Shown: one piece after another, positions 1-10,500 of the stretch
Layout: the number at the start of each line of letters is the position of its first letter
How positions within the stretch are numbered: position 1 is the first letter of the stretch
Virus record (IMG/VR): IMGVR_UViG_3300027779_000068
Span: 1 to 38,469 of that record
Strand: one strand, 5' to 3'
Length of the DNA: 38,469 bases
Source: a virus
Lineage: Duplodnaviria; Caudoviricetes
Position numbers and translations under genes: made by a program
The notes under the pieces: model-generated
What the model saw: only the letters and a program-made list of their open reading frames with translations
The model's database searches: none
Told to the model about the DNA's origin: nothing

Positions 1-3000
1 GTCCAAAGCATCTATAAATAGTCCAACATCGCTTAGAAGATCACCCTCCTCTCTTTCGTATAGGTCATCTGCCTCAACAACATCGTCTTCAGAGAAATCT
101 TTCCTTATTAGTGTCGTTCCCAAGTTTGTTTTTACGTCTATAAGGTCCGTACCACCACTATCTGCCTCCGGATATGGCTCATTATCAACCTTTATAAACG
201 CCAACGGCTCAACGCTTATAGATTGTGCAACAGGAAGCGCGATATCAGGAGTTATGCTTCCCCCTGGGGCCAGCTTTCCTCCTAAAATTCCGGCCAATAT
301 TGTTCCATCGACTCCGCATTCCGCATCTCCAGTTCCAGGCGTTATTTCGCATGGGAATCTAAAGAACATTTGAAGCAGCTGAAGAAATATTGCCAAAATT
401 GTTATAATAGGCTCAAGAACCTGGAGGTCAGCTTCAACTGAAAATAGATACTCGGACAAAACCTCTTCTAGCGCTTTTATTGCCGGCCAGTTTTTGTACT
501 TTATGGCCCTATCAATTGCTTTTATAATCTCGTTTATTGCAGTTATAATTCCAAGTATTTTTTGGATAAGACACTCAAGAAGGTCCAGTAAGTGCAGGAG
601 TAGTCTTAAGAACATTACCGGCACGGATAGCTGTGGTAATAATAATATCAAATCAAATAAACACTGAAAAAGCCTTATTATTGCTTTTGCCAGCTTAAAT
701 GGATTTAATAGCGCACATATAACATCTATAATACAGAAGATAACCTGAATCGGGATTAGAAGAACCTGAAAACCTCTGAGGTGTGCTTGAAGCTCTGCTG
801 TCAAATGGAAGGATATGTCACAAAAGCTTTGTATGATCTCTTTCAAGGCGGCGACTTTATCCATCAAGACATTTATAAACTGCAGTGGACCCTCCAGCAG
901 TTTGTTCAGAAGTTCTTCTATATCTGCCAACTTATCCTTAAGAGGCCCGAGTATAAGATCTTCAAATATTTGCTCCAGATCTAGTGTGAACCCGTCACCC
1001 AAGAGGGCCCTAACTCTATTTCTCTCTGCATTTGAATTTGATGCAGCAAGTGTCAAACAATCATCTACATTGATAAATGCTAGAGCCTTTGGAACCACTA
1101 TCTTCGCCTTAAGGACACCATTTTCCATCCTTCTGGATATGACACGACATCTTATATCGTTTATTGTTATTGAAGCATATCTTCTCGCTCCCTTAACATA
1201 CACTATAAGCCTTTCTTTCGCTTCAAACGTTAGGTTTTCAAAATCACCAGCCTCAAAGACCTCATTGTTGTTTTTTCTAACGACTTTGATTATTTCAGGT
1301 ATGTTGTACTCTATTGCTGCATAGTTTGATACCTGTGCTTTTAAAAATAATTTTGCTGTTGCCGATTCTGTACTGTCTAAAGAATATGCGGATCTTGGTA
1401 TCTCTACTCCAGAATCCAACTTAACAGTTGATGGCACCAACAGGTCTTTAGCTCTAGCAATTCTGGAGATATCTGAAGTTGTTACACCCTTCATTAAGGT
1501 TGAGTATGATAACTTAGACCCAACCCTGGAATCCTCTACACTATCTGAAGATTTTGCAATCATCATCTTAAAGTCAAAGTTAGTTGGAGTTATAGAAACT
1601 GGAATCTGTAGTACATAATCTGAGTTAGCCATAGGCCCATCAGATGCAGATTCGCTAGTTATCATCAACCCATTTCCCTCCCCAAATAGAAGCGAGCCAT
1701 GTCCAAGTGCTGCCCCATCAGCAATTGTAAACGGAGCCTCTCCTACAAACGCCGCTTTTTCATCCGTGGAGTCTCCAGTAACTATCTCACTCACCCAAGC
1801 AGATGATAGGATTAGGGAATCCGTCTTGGGATCTATGGTATAAAGATCGCTAGGAATATCTGTGGTCGTAAGTCCTATATACAACTTATCAGATGTCATA
1901 GTGACTTTGAATTTTTTATATTTTGACTCAACAGTTATTGACATATACCCATCTGTAGACGATGATAGATTTCTAAATCCAGCTACCAGCTTGCCAGATT
2001 CCTGTTCTGAAGAAAGCGCTCTGATTTTGCCAATTCTTTTTTTATTTATCTTTTGAGTTCCGAATTTAAATTTATGCTTAGCTTTAAAATCATGACCATT
2101 AAAGACTATTACGGCCCTCTGTATCTTCGATATAGCAGAATGTTTTGTGCTTTCAACAATTTGACCAGTAGCCGCCTGATCAAACCCATAGTTAGATAAC
2201 ATGCCCCTCAGCGTATTTGACACTGAAGACGAAGATGTTCTTACTATTTTGCTCTCACTTTCATTGTTTGGACCGGATTTGTCACCAAGAACCATATTTG
2301 TTATTATTGGAGGCCCTACAAAGGGGGGCATTTTTTTATCAGAGTCCGCCCTCTCGGTTATTTTAAAATAAGCATAAGAGCCATTATCCTTGTATGATTC
2401 AGACGTAGCCCACGTATCTGAAGAACCTGGGCTTGCAATCTCGTCTATTGCCTTATTGACTACAAAAACATAGGCCGATTCTGCGCTTATTACGCTATTC
2501 CAATTATACTTTGCATATTTAGTGCCAGGTAGCATTAATTGGGCCTTCCTATTTGAAAGCCTTATAAAGTCGGCACCCTCGTCTAAAACATATTTCAGTG
2601 TTTTTGGTATATATAATGTTAGCCCATCTTCAGTTTTTGTAACAACGGTCACAATATCTGATTCCGCAGAAAAATGCTTTGCGCTATCTTCATCTGTAAA
2701 TGCCAAATAACAATGCACTTTTGAGTTCTTCTTAAATACTCCGCCCTTATACTTTAGCTTCAGCTTACTACTCTGTCCGTCCATGGGAATGGGAATACCA
2801 GATGCCTCATTAACCCCGGTTTCGTCATTCTTCTTGCTTATTCCGGCTAATTTCAAATTCTTTGACTCTTTGAAGAATGAAAGATAGCTCTTTCCCGGCT
2901 CAGGCGGCAGGTCCGATTTCTCAGTTCCTGGCTCTGCAATGTATACTCTTATGGCCGCGCTTTCTGCTCCATATTTATTAACCGCCCTAACAAAGTATGC

Positions 3001-5112
3001 TCCCGACTCAAGACCTAATGTTGTTAATGGCAAGTCTATCTGAGCAGTAACCGCTCCAGATGTTTTGGCAAACCAGCCCTGGTCTTGCAAGACACCAGGG
3101 ATATTTTCCCTAACCTCAAGCACCTCGGTCATGTCTTCGTTATAAAATTTAAAGGAAAAGATACCGTCTAAGTCATTTGTGCTTGACTTAAACCTAAACT
3201 GAGGCTGTCCGTCTGAAGAAACAACAGGCCCTCCATAATATCCATTTGGGCTCATTGAATCAAGATCCGGGCTCTTGACCGTTAGCGCTATATTTGGACC
3301 AGGAACTCTTACCATTTGCCCAATGTTGTCAATAATATACATCGAAAACATATACTCTGAAGTCCCGACATCATCTCCGGGGTAATATATATCTGCAAAC
3401 TTATCTTTACTAAATGTCGCTATAGCAGTTTCAGAATCCTCTTCATATGTTATGTCACCCTCTATCCAGAATGGCTCTGCAGGGACTTGTGGCTCAGACA
3501 CGTCTAAAAGGCTTGGCCTTGCAGAGGCTAGCAACTCTCTAGCCCCATAGACTTTTGGATTTGAGAACTTATCATTATTCCTTGCAAATCCGGACGAGGC
3601 TTGAATATCCCTATTTGAAATTAACAAATCCGGCCTTCCCATTTCCCCTGCCATATCCATTATTGTTCCAGATAGCTGAGATGAGACAGATAGCGGAAAG
3701 CCCAGGTCTGTAACCTCTATATTATATTTATCACCAATTGCCAAAGTATTCCATGCTGTAATTTCGGTTACATCCGATGTATCACGTGGCTTAAATATGT
3801 TAAATATATTATCCGGTAACGCGGAAAGCTCTCCTATTTTTCCAGCAATATCCTCTGTATGGTCTGCGGAAAACACCCCCTTTCCGTCACCGCCCGATTC
3901 CCAAATTCCAGATTCCATCGGCTTAGTCAGTAATGGTGCTGAGAATATCTCTACCATACTATCCTGTGTCTTTCTAAACCCAGCAATCCTGCCCAGAGAG
4001 GAAGTTGCCATTACAGATAGGTAAACCTTCGAGCCAGAGTTGTTTGAAAACTGCCCAGACAGCTCAATGTTTAAATCAGGAGAATCAGATTCTGTTGGCA
4101 GGTCATAACCAACCTCTATAAGCTCCAATGCTGGGGGAGGCATGTACTCTATGGAGGTTCTTCTAGCCCCATCGTCAGTTATCATCTCTATAAGAAGAAT
4201 TGGGGGCTCGTCCTCTGAGAATATATCAGAAGTAAAGCCAGAAGAGTCTCTTCCGGTTAGATCCGGCATCTTTATATATATGGTATCGTTTCCGGCGCTA
4301 TCTCTAAACACCGTAAAGTACCCACCCAGATCTGGGTTGAAGCTGTCATTTATAATCTGCTCTTCTGACATATTATATATTGGCAAGAACTCAAGAAGAC
4401 AGCCTTTGATCATCTCATCATTTATCTTTGAAGAATCAAGGGCTCCATCTGTTCCGAAGAAGTCCCCTATTTCTCCGAACGTCTTTCCAGTCACTCCGTA
4501 GAAGTCTTTAAACTTATCCTTTAGCATGCTAGATATCTTCCCAAAGACATCTAGTGGAATATATGTTAACTCTGCAAATCTGTTTATTTCATGATTAATT
4601 CCAGGATGAGTTCCATCTTCTGGAGTTATAGTATCTATATCTCCATAATAAGTAGAAATATATACCCTAGGTATTTCGCGGAAAGTTGCATTAACGTTTG
4701 AATTTGTAAGTCCTTTTTTTGATATATTAAATAGTGACTTATTTATTTTATTTCTTACAGAAACCAAATTTGATAAGTTTGCGCTATCTCCGACCTCATT
4801 TACAACCCCCTCAATAGATGAAAACTCTGCTTTTACTTCATCTATTTGCGGCGCCCACTTATCATCGTCTATGCTACCGTCCGTTCCTCCGTATCTTACA
4901 ATTTGTATATTTTGACCACCTGTTCCAATTTTAACAATAGCGCCGCCAACCAGGGGAAGCTTTCCGGCGCTAACAGCAGCCTTTGGGAATAGGATTCCAG
5001 AATCTGGAGATGCAGTTATATCTTGAGTAGTAACTGCCTCGAAGCAGCTAACTCTAATTGAGCTAGCCGCGTCTTCCGAAATCTTCATTGGCACTGCGCC
5101 TACTAAAATCAT
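1..5112 (-). CDS. Giant putative tail-tip/baseplate-associated protein, >1704 aa, 3' end outside window; Ig/IPT/FN3-like segments and a long hydrophobic helical block
   Basis: Absent from the ORF track because no stop lies in the window. Manual reading: ATG at 5112 preceded by GAGGT (gtatgaggttaatctaaaATG); no in-frame stop in 1704 codons. Starts MILVGAVPMKISEDAASSIRVSCFEAV; contains VKSPDLDSMSPNG (IPT-like start) and YFVRAVNKYGAES (FN3-like strand); residues ~1445-1590 strongly hydrophobic. Directly follows the spike gene. Confidence 0.9.
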   Translation of the reverse strand, partial: MILVGAVPMKISEDAASSIRVSCFEAVTTQDITASPDSGILFPKAAVSAGKLPLVGGAIVKIGTGGQNIQIVRYGGTDGSIDDDKWAPQIDEVKAEFSSIEGVVNEVGDSANLSNLVSVRNKINKSLFNISKKGLTNSNVNATFREIPRVYISTYYGDIDTITPEDGTHPGINHEINRFAELTYIPLDVFGKISSMLKDKFKDFYGVTGKTFGEIGDFFGTDGALDSSKINDEMIKGCLLEFLPIYNMSEEQIINDSFNPDLGGYFTVFRDSAGNDTIYIKMPDLTGRDSSGFTSDIFSEDEPPILLIEMITDDGARRTSIEYMPPPALELIEVGYDLPTESDSPDLNIELSGQFSNNSGSKVYLSVMATSSLGRIAGFRKTQDSMVEIFSAPLLTKPMESGIWESGGDGKGVFSADHTEDIAGKIGELSALPDNIFNIFKPRDTSDVTEITAWNTLAIGDKYNIEVTDLGFPLSVSSQLSGTIMDMAGEMGRPDLLISNRDIQASSGFARNNDKFSNPKVYGARELLASARPSLLDVSEPQVPAEPFWIEGDITYEEDSETAIATFSKDKFADIYYPGDDVGTSEYMFSMYIIDNIGQMVRVPGPNIALTVKSPDLDSMSPNGYYGGPVVSSDGQPQFRFKSSTNDLDGIFSFKFYNEDMTEVLEVRENIPGVLQDQGWFAKTSGAVTAQIDLPLTTLGLESGAYFVRAVNKYGAESAAIRVYIAEPGTEKSDLPPEPGKSYLSFFKESKNLKLAGISKKNDETGVNEASGIPIPMDGQSSKLKLKYKGGVFKKNSKVHCYLAFTDEDSAKHFSAESDIVTVVTKTEDGLTLYIPKTLKYVLDEGADFIRLSNRKAQLMLPGTKYAKYNWNSVISAESAYVFVVNKAIDEIASPGSSDTWATSESYKDNGSYAYFKITERADSDKKMPPFVGPPIITNMVLGDKSGPNNESESKIVRTSSSSVSNTLRGMLSNYGFDQAATGQIVESTKHSAISKIQRAVIVFNGHDFKAKHKFKFGTQKINKKRIGKIRALSSEQESGKLVAGFRNLSSSTDGYMSITVESKYKKFKVTMTSDKLYIGLTTTDIPSDLYTIDPKTDSLILSSAWVSEIVTGDSTDEKAAFVGEAPFTIADGAALGHGSLLFGEGNGLMITSESASDGPMANSDYVLQIPVSITPTNFDFKMMIAKSSDSVEDSRVGSKLSYSTLMKGVTTSDISRIARAKDLLVPSTVKLDSGVEIPRSAYSLDSTESATAKLFLKAQVSNYAAIEYNIPEIIKVVRKNNNEVFEAGDFENLTFEAKERLIVYVKGARRYASITINDIRCRVISRRMENGVLKAKIVVPKALAFINVDDCLTLAASNSNAERNRVRALLGDGFTLDLEQIFEDLILGPLKDKLADIEELLNKLLEGPLQFINVLMDKVAALKEIIQSFCDISFHLTAELQAHLRGFQVLLIPIQVIFCIIDVICALLNPFKLAKAIIRLFQCLFDLILLLPQLSVPVMFLRLLLHLLDLLECLIQKILGIITAINEIIKAIDRAIKYKNWPAIKALEEVLSEYLFSVEADLQVLEPIITILAIFLQLLQMFFRFPCEITPGTGDAECGVDGTILAGILGGKLAPGGSITPDIALPVAQSISVEPLAFIKVDNEPYPEADSGGTDLIDVKTNLGTTLIRKDFSEDDVVEADDLYEREEGDLLSDVGLFIDALD

Positions 5113-5153
5113 TTTAGATTAACCTCATACTGTAACTTTATATTTTTCATAAC

Positions 5154-7541
5154 CTAGGTTGACACCGAAGCGTTTCCAGAAGTCTTGCTTTCTCCAGCAC
5201 CCCTCGGCTTCTTGGCGCCTTCTACAATTCTAACCATATTTCCTTTTAAAGTTAGGTCTCCAGATGCACTCTCAATTAGCAAATTACCATCATTCCTTAT
5301 AATCATATTAGCAGTAGGGTTCATTCCGGCGATAACCATTCCATGCTTTCCGATAGATATAATATAGTCAGAGGCGTATAGAGGGTTTCCATCTCCACCT
5401 TCAACGTCTATAGGAACAACGTTTCCGTCTGCATCAGTAACTGGATCGAAAGTTGTCGTTGTAAACCCCTTATCTGTAACATTAACCCTCAAGTCAAACC
5501 TTCCTTCATTAAACCCCCTTGAGGCTGAAGTTTCGGGATCTGAACCCGAGTAGCCACCGCCAACGTTTATCAGCATATCTCCATCTGTCTGCATTATCAT
5601 GCTTCTTCCGTTAGCATCTTTTCCCAGCCAGGCTATCATTGCGCCAGCGGCATCCAGAACAATACTTTTCATATCTTGATTATCTGCGCCAACCGATACG
5701 TCGATAGAGCCTTCAAAGTTTATATTAGCACTCTTGCCGCCAGTCTTCTGCCCCCCTTCATCTGGAACCACATTTCCATCAGAAACCGAAAAGCCGTTAG
5801 TATAGCGAGGTGAATTTGTCTTGCTTCCGGCCACAATGAGCTTTCCCCCATTATACATAGCCGGAGATTCAGGCTCAACAGCGACTGTTCCCCCATATTG
5901 TGGAAACTGGCTAATCTCTTCCGTTTTAAAATTCTCAGTCCTCTCAGTTCCCTCCGGAAAGGGAACCTCAAAAACGTTTAAATTAGAGGTATCAGTTGCA
6001 AGGCTTAGCTTTAAAAATAATGGGTTATCTCCAGGATCGCTAGTAGTAAGCCCTCCCGGCCCAATCCAGTAATTAGTAGTATATTGAGTTGGGATTAGAA
6101 TATGATGTATGGTATTGGCTATCAAGGCTTCTGCCGCAGCATACATATTGTGGTGTCTTGTGTGATTTACACTTACCACGTTCTCTCCCAGTCCGGCATT
6201 GAAATACCCACTATTATTCGAATAAGAAATCCCAGTTCGCCGCAAACCAGGTGTATCACTTACAACCTCTCCGGTATTTTCATCTGCCGAAGGAAATACA
6301 ATTTTCCCATCCTGGTCTCTGAGAGTTACCGGGACCCCCTCTTCAGAAGACTCTAGTAGCGGCAGCGTTTCCATTTCAACCGCATTTTTATGCATTGAAA
6401 AATCGGCACTAATTGGATATAATATATTTCCAGTATCACTTGTTTTTGGAACGTGCATTCTGAACGCACCCTCTTTGTCCATGCAAAATACAAAGCCTTT
6501 GTCACTAGTATATTCTTTAGTTTCAGAATGTGTAGAGTTCGTAGATAACTGAAAGTGAACGCCAAGACCCCTTCTAGACAACAGCTTTGCTTCAGTCATA
6601 GCGTCACTATCGGTTGGCGGAGAGCCAAGGTGTATGGGGTTGTAATTTATATCTAATTTATTCTTGTTTAGATCAACAACATTACCATATATAGTTTCAG
6701 TTAATTCATTTTCAGCCAAAAGAAGCAGGTTGTCCGCAGCCTTTATTCTATTCTTCCCACCCAAAATTCCGGGATATGGAGGGGAGAAGCTTCTTTGTTT
6801 TAGGTTAAGCTCTCCGTTTATTTTGCCTATTTCATCTTCAAATCCAGAAAAATGATATGATTGGGAAAACTCATGAGATACGAATCTAACTTCCGAAAGC
6901 TCAATGTTTCTTTTGGTTCCTAATATGCCACCTACCTTTGTCGGCCTCGATTGCTCTTCAAACAACCCAACTCTTTTTGACGCTATATGAAATTTAGTAT
7001 CTGCACCTTCCGCTACAGATTCTCTCTCGGTAGACACATGGCTTCTTCTGACTGGCCTAGAGTATGTTTTTGAAGCAGAGGTATTTTCAGACATTCCTTC
7101 GTATACATCATAGTAATAAACCCCAGATCTCTTATCTCTAGATAAGGTAGAACCAAATATACCGCTGGAAATTTTAAGCCCTCCGGATTTATCTGCACAA
7201 AAGTAGGATTCCGAATCTCCAACCCTCTTGCTACCTCTTTTTAGCTTTCTTGAAAAGGGGACGGTTCCCGCCTTAGCGTCAGTACCCTTCTTTCCCTGAT
7301 TTACATTTGGCAAAAGGCCGACAATAATATATCCAAACCCAGAGCCTGGATCTACCAGACTGCATGCCACTCGGTCACCTTCATCATATACAGAATTGGT
7401 GCCATGGTCAAGGCTCACGGCTTCGAGGTTGGAATAGGAGGTTCCATCTACAGATATAGAGTATTTTATAGGCCCTCTATCATCAGAGTCGATAACTTTA
7501 AGTATCGTCCCTACTTTGCCCATTCTATTTATTCTTGACAT
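5154..7541 (-). CDS. Putative baseplate central spike (gp5/gpV-like), 795 aa
   Basis: N-terminal OB-fold-like pattern (GTILKVID...YSISVDG...YDEGDRVACSL...YIIVGLLP); C-terminal short beta-strand repeats typical of spike beta-helices (ANINFEGSIDVSVG, MIMQTDGDMLINVGG, MIIRNDGNLLIESASGDLTLKGNMVRI); position after hub. Confidence 0.65.
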   Translation of the reverse strand: MSRINRMGKVGTILKVIDSDDRGPIKYSISVDGTSYSNLEAVSLDHGTNSVYDEGDRVACSLVDPGSGFGYIIVGLLPNVNQGKKGTDAKAGTVPFSRKLKRGSKRVGDSESYFCADKSGGLKISSGIFGSTLSRDKRSGVYYYDVYEGMSENTSASKTYSRPVRRSHVSTERESVAEGADTKFHIASKRVGLFEEQSRPTKVGGILGTKRNIELSEVRFVSHEFSQSYHFSGFEDEIGKINGELNLKQRSFSPPYPGILGGKNRIKAADNLLLLAENELTETIYGNVVDLNKNKLDINYNPIHLGSPPTDSDAMTEAKLLSRRGLGVHFQLSTNSTHSETKEYTSDKGFVFCMDKEGAFRMHVPKTSDTGNILYPISADFSMHKNAVEMETLPLLESSEEGVPVTLRDQDGKIVFPSADENTGEVVSDTPGLRRTGISYSNNSGYFNAGLGENVVSVNHTRHHNMYAAAEALIANTIHHILIPTQYTTNYWIGPGGLTTSDPGDNPLFLKLSLATDTSNLNVFEVPFPEGTERTENFKTEEISQFPQYGGTVAVEPESPAMYNGGKLIVAGSKTNSPRYTNGFSVSDGNVVPDEGGQKTGGKSANINFEGSIDVSVGADNQDMKSIVLDAAGAMIAWLGKDANGRSMIMQTDGDMLINVGGGYSGSDPETSASRGFNEGRFDLRVNVTDKGFTTTTFDPVTDADGNVVPIDVEGGDGNPLYASDYIISIGKHGMVIAGMNPTANMIIRNDGNLLIESASGDLTLKGNMVRIVEGAKKPRGAGESKTSGNASVST

Positions 7542-7553
7542 TTCTAAATATAC

Positions 7554-10500
7554 CTATTTGATTATGCTTCCACTCGTAGACGTGCTATTACCACTCTGAG
7601 ATGACTGACTTGTAGACGGAATGTTTAAAATTCCAATTTCAATTATGTTAGACATTTGCGTTAGATTATCTCTAATATCTAACCATGTAGACTGCCTTGG
7701 GCCATCTTTTGGAAAAATTGCAACATAATCTTGCTCAGTATATTGCTCATCCGAATCTCCTCCAAACTGTATCATCTCGGAGCTATCCCCATCCAAAGTG
7801 TGGGAACCATACAGCAGCCTATCCATACAAAGTATTTTTGCCTCTCCAAACTCGTCGCTTCTTCCGGTAAGAAGTGTTATCTGCTCTATTATATTTGACG
7901 GGTCTATCGGTGTGGCCTGAAGTCCGTTCGGAAGCATCATGGACGAGGTGCCCTTAGATGTCCCCACTCCAACTCCAATGCCGTTTAGCATACCTCCAAA
8001 TACGTCTGCCAGGTCTCCCACCGGGCTAGTCTGAGTTATCTGAACCGGGTCTTGAAGCAATTGTTTTATTACAGATAAATTATCCCTAACCTTGGATTCA
8101 TCTCCACTAGTTTTTGCAAAGCCTCTTATCAGTATTTTCCTTGAGCCCATTACTGATGCGGACAAATCTAACATTATATTAAAAAATCTTTCTTGGTTAT
8201 TTCTATATGATAAAAGTGTTGCTATGTCTCCATTATAATTTGGAGGAAACACTATTGCGCAATCTGGAGATAAAACCCTGTATAGATCATCCTCTTTCTG
8301 ACCTCTATACGTGAGAATCCTTCCTCCTAGGGGGTTGGTTGTCAGCTGTCCACCTATTACATCTAGAGGGCTAGGCAAGTATTGTCCCGGAGGGTGCCCA
8401 TAATTCAGAGACAATGATGTCTGAAAGCTAGAGCCATATGTAAACTGCTGTTGAACACTCTCTATATAATACAGAAGCCCTTTTTCTGGTATAAAGACAA
8501 CGTCTCCGGGCTGATAAAACTCATTTCCGGCAACTGTCACATTGGCTTTGTTTATCTTTGTTCTTTCTAATTGCAATTGCAGTATTGCATATGGTCTAGA
8601 CTGAAGCTCTGCATCGTTAGAGAATGGCAATCTTATTGTCTCTGGCTTATACCCATACTGCCTCCATAAATCAAAGTCTGTTGCTCCTGCCCAAAAATAC
8701 ATACCATCCATACCCTTATTTAGGCTGTCCTCAAGCCCAAGAGGCGCAGAACCGAAAACATCAATTCTTGTGGCGTTGGGCGGAGATTCTGTAAATGTAA
8801 CAGAAATTATTTCATCATCATTAATTACGAATCTTCTTCCAGAGCCTGCACCTAAAAAATTCCTCTCATCATTTTCAATCAGATAGTCTAACGAAGATGA
8901 CGAATCACTGTCTATATCTCCATTTAATAATGACTTGACCTTCTTTATCTTATCCAAAGATTCATTTAAGTCTATTCCTAAAAACTCCACGCTTAGCTCA
9001 GGCTCTCTGCTGCTAGATGTTGCGTCTGTAAATTCACCACTAACTATCGACTCTATGGCTTCAATCTCATCTAATTTTTCCCGATTCCTTTTTAAAATTG
9101 TAACAAGGCTATCTCTTTTTGAAATCGTAATGGCTAATTTTTGAAATAATGAATTTATTTTTGTAAGTTTTTGAGAATCACTATCTAAATTCTTAACAAA
9201 ATCCTCATCCTGAAAACCCTGCTCTCCCACCCCTAATCCGGCTGCGGGATCCATGCCATAATTTTTCCTAAATGTATTTCTGAGCGAAGTTAGCGATGAC
9301 GCACTCACAATCTCATCGTTATTAACGGGATGAGACCCGAGGCTTACTGCTCTCAAAACGCCGTCATGAACTCCTATCCCAGCTCCACCAAGCGTTGTCT
9401 CTTGGAATACCGGATCAAAATCTCCAAGAACCGTCTCCGTATCACCATATAAAACATCTCCGTCATCACTCCATGATACATTTAACGACATACCACTTCC
9501 GCTACTCTGATCGCCTTCGCCACCAACAGTGAAGTTTGCCTTTTCACCCTCTCCGAATAACGCTTGTGATATGCCAGATGTTGGGCCGCCAAGGGTTACG
9601 GCTCCATCATTTATCCTAACTCCAAAAAATTCTAGAGCCTTCTTTCCAGAATTAACAGGCCTTGCAGCCCCGGTAACTCCCGGTATTAGAGTCTTATCTG
9701 GATATTTATTCATTAATAATGATATTATAACTATATTAATATTTAAAGAATGTATTTCCAACCTCAGAGAATCAGACCTAGTGTTGAAAACATTCGACAG
9801 AAAGTCTGGTATTACCTTCCTTTCTTCATTTAATTTAAATAACCCTTCCAATACAGTTAATGGTGTTTTATTCCATTGTGGAGGCCTAAACTCAATATGA
9901 CCCTGTGAATTACAAAAAAATTCAAAATTTATATAACTACAAGCAGCCTTGCACCTCTCCAAAACACTTGTGTATGACGAATCAAACAAGTTCCAGCTAG
10001 AGTCTCTAAGCTTTAACAAAAACGGCCTAATGTCCGTGCTGCTATCGTATTGATCAGAAACTATAAAAAGATTTTTATCTCGATTCAATCTAACATCTTC
10101 TATTCTTCTTTGTGCTCCAACCAAGGATACGGCCTTTGTAAAAGACGGATCCTCATTCATGTCTTCAGATAAATTTACAATTTTTGGAGAACCATCTAGG
10201 TTGAAACTTATGTGTATTCCTTCCGCAGAGCTCAAGATCCCTTGTTCATTTATTAAAGATAACTGCTGCTCTATGCCCTTTCCTATTGAATCTATTTCAA
10301 CATCCAAAGCGTTGGCAAGAATATTGCTTGCAATGGCCTGTTCATTTGGAGATACATCTGACTCATCTACGGTTATTATTTTTGACCTCTGAGCTCTAAG
10401 CTCCGCCCTGCGAGATTGAAGTCCGGATATTGCGCTATTAACCTGGCTCTTCATAATAGAGTCCGCTGATATTTTACTCGCAACATCATTACTCATCGTA

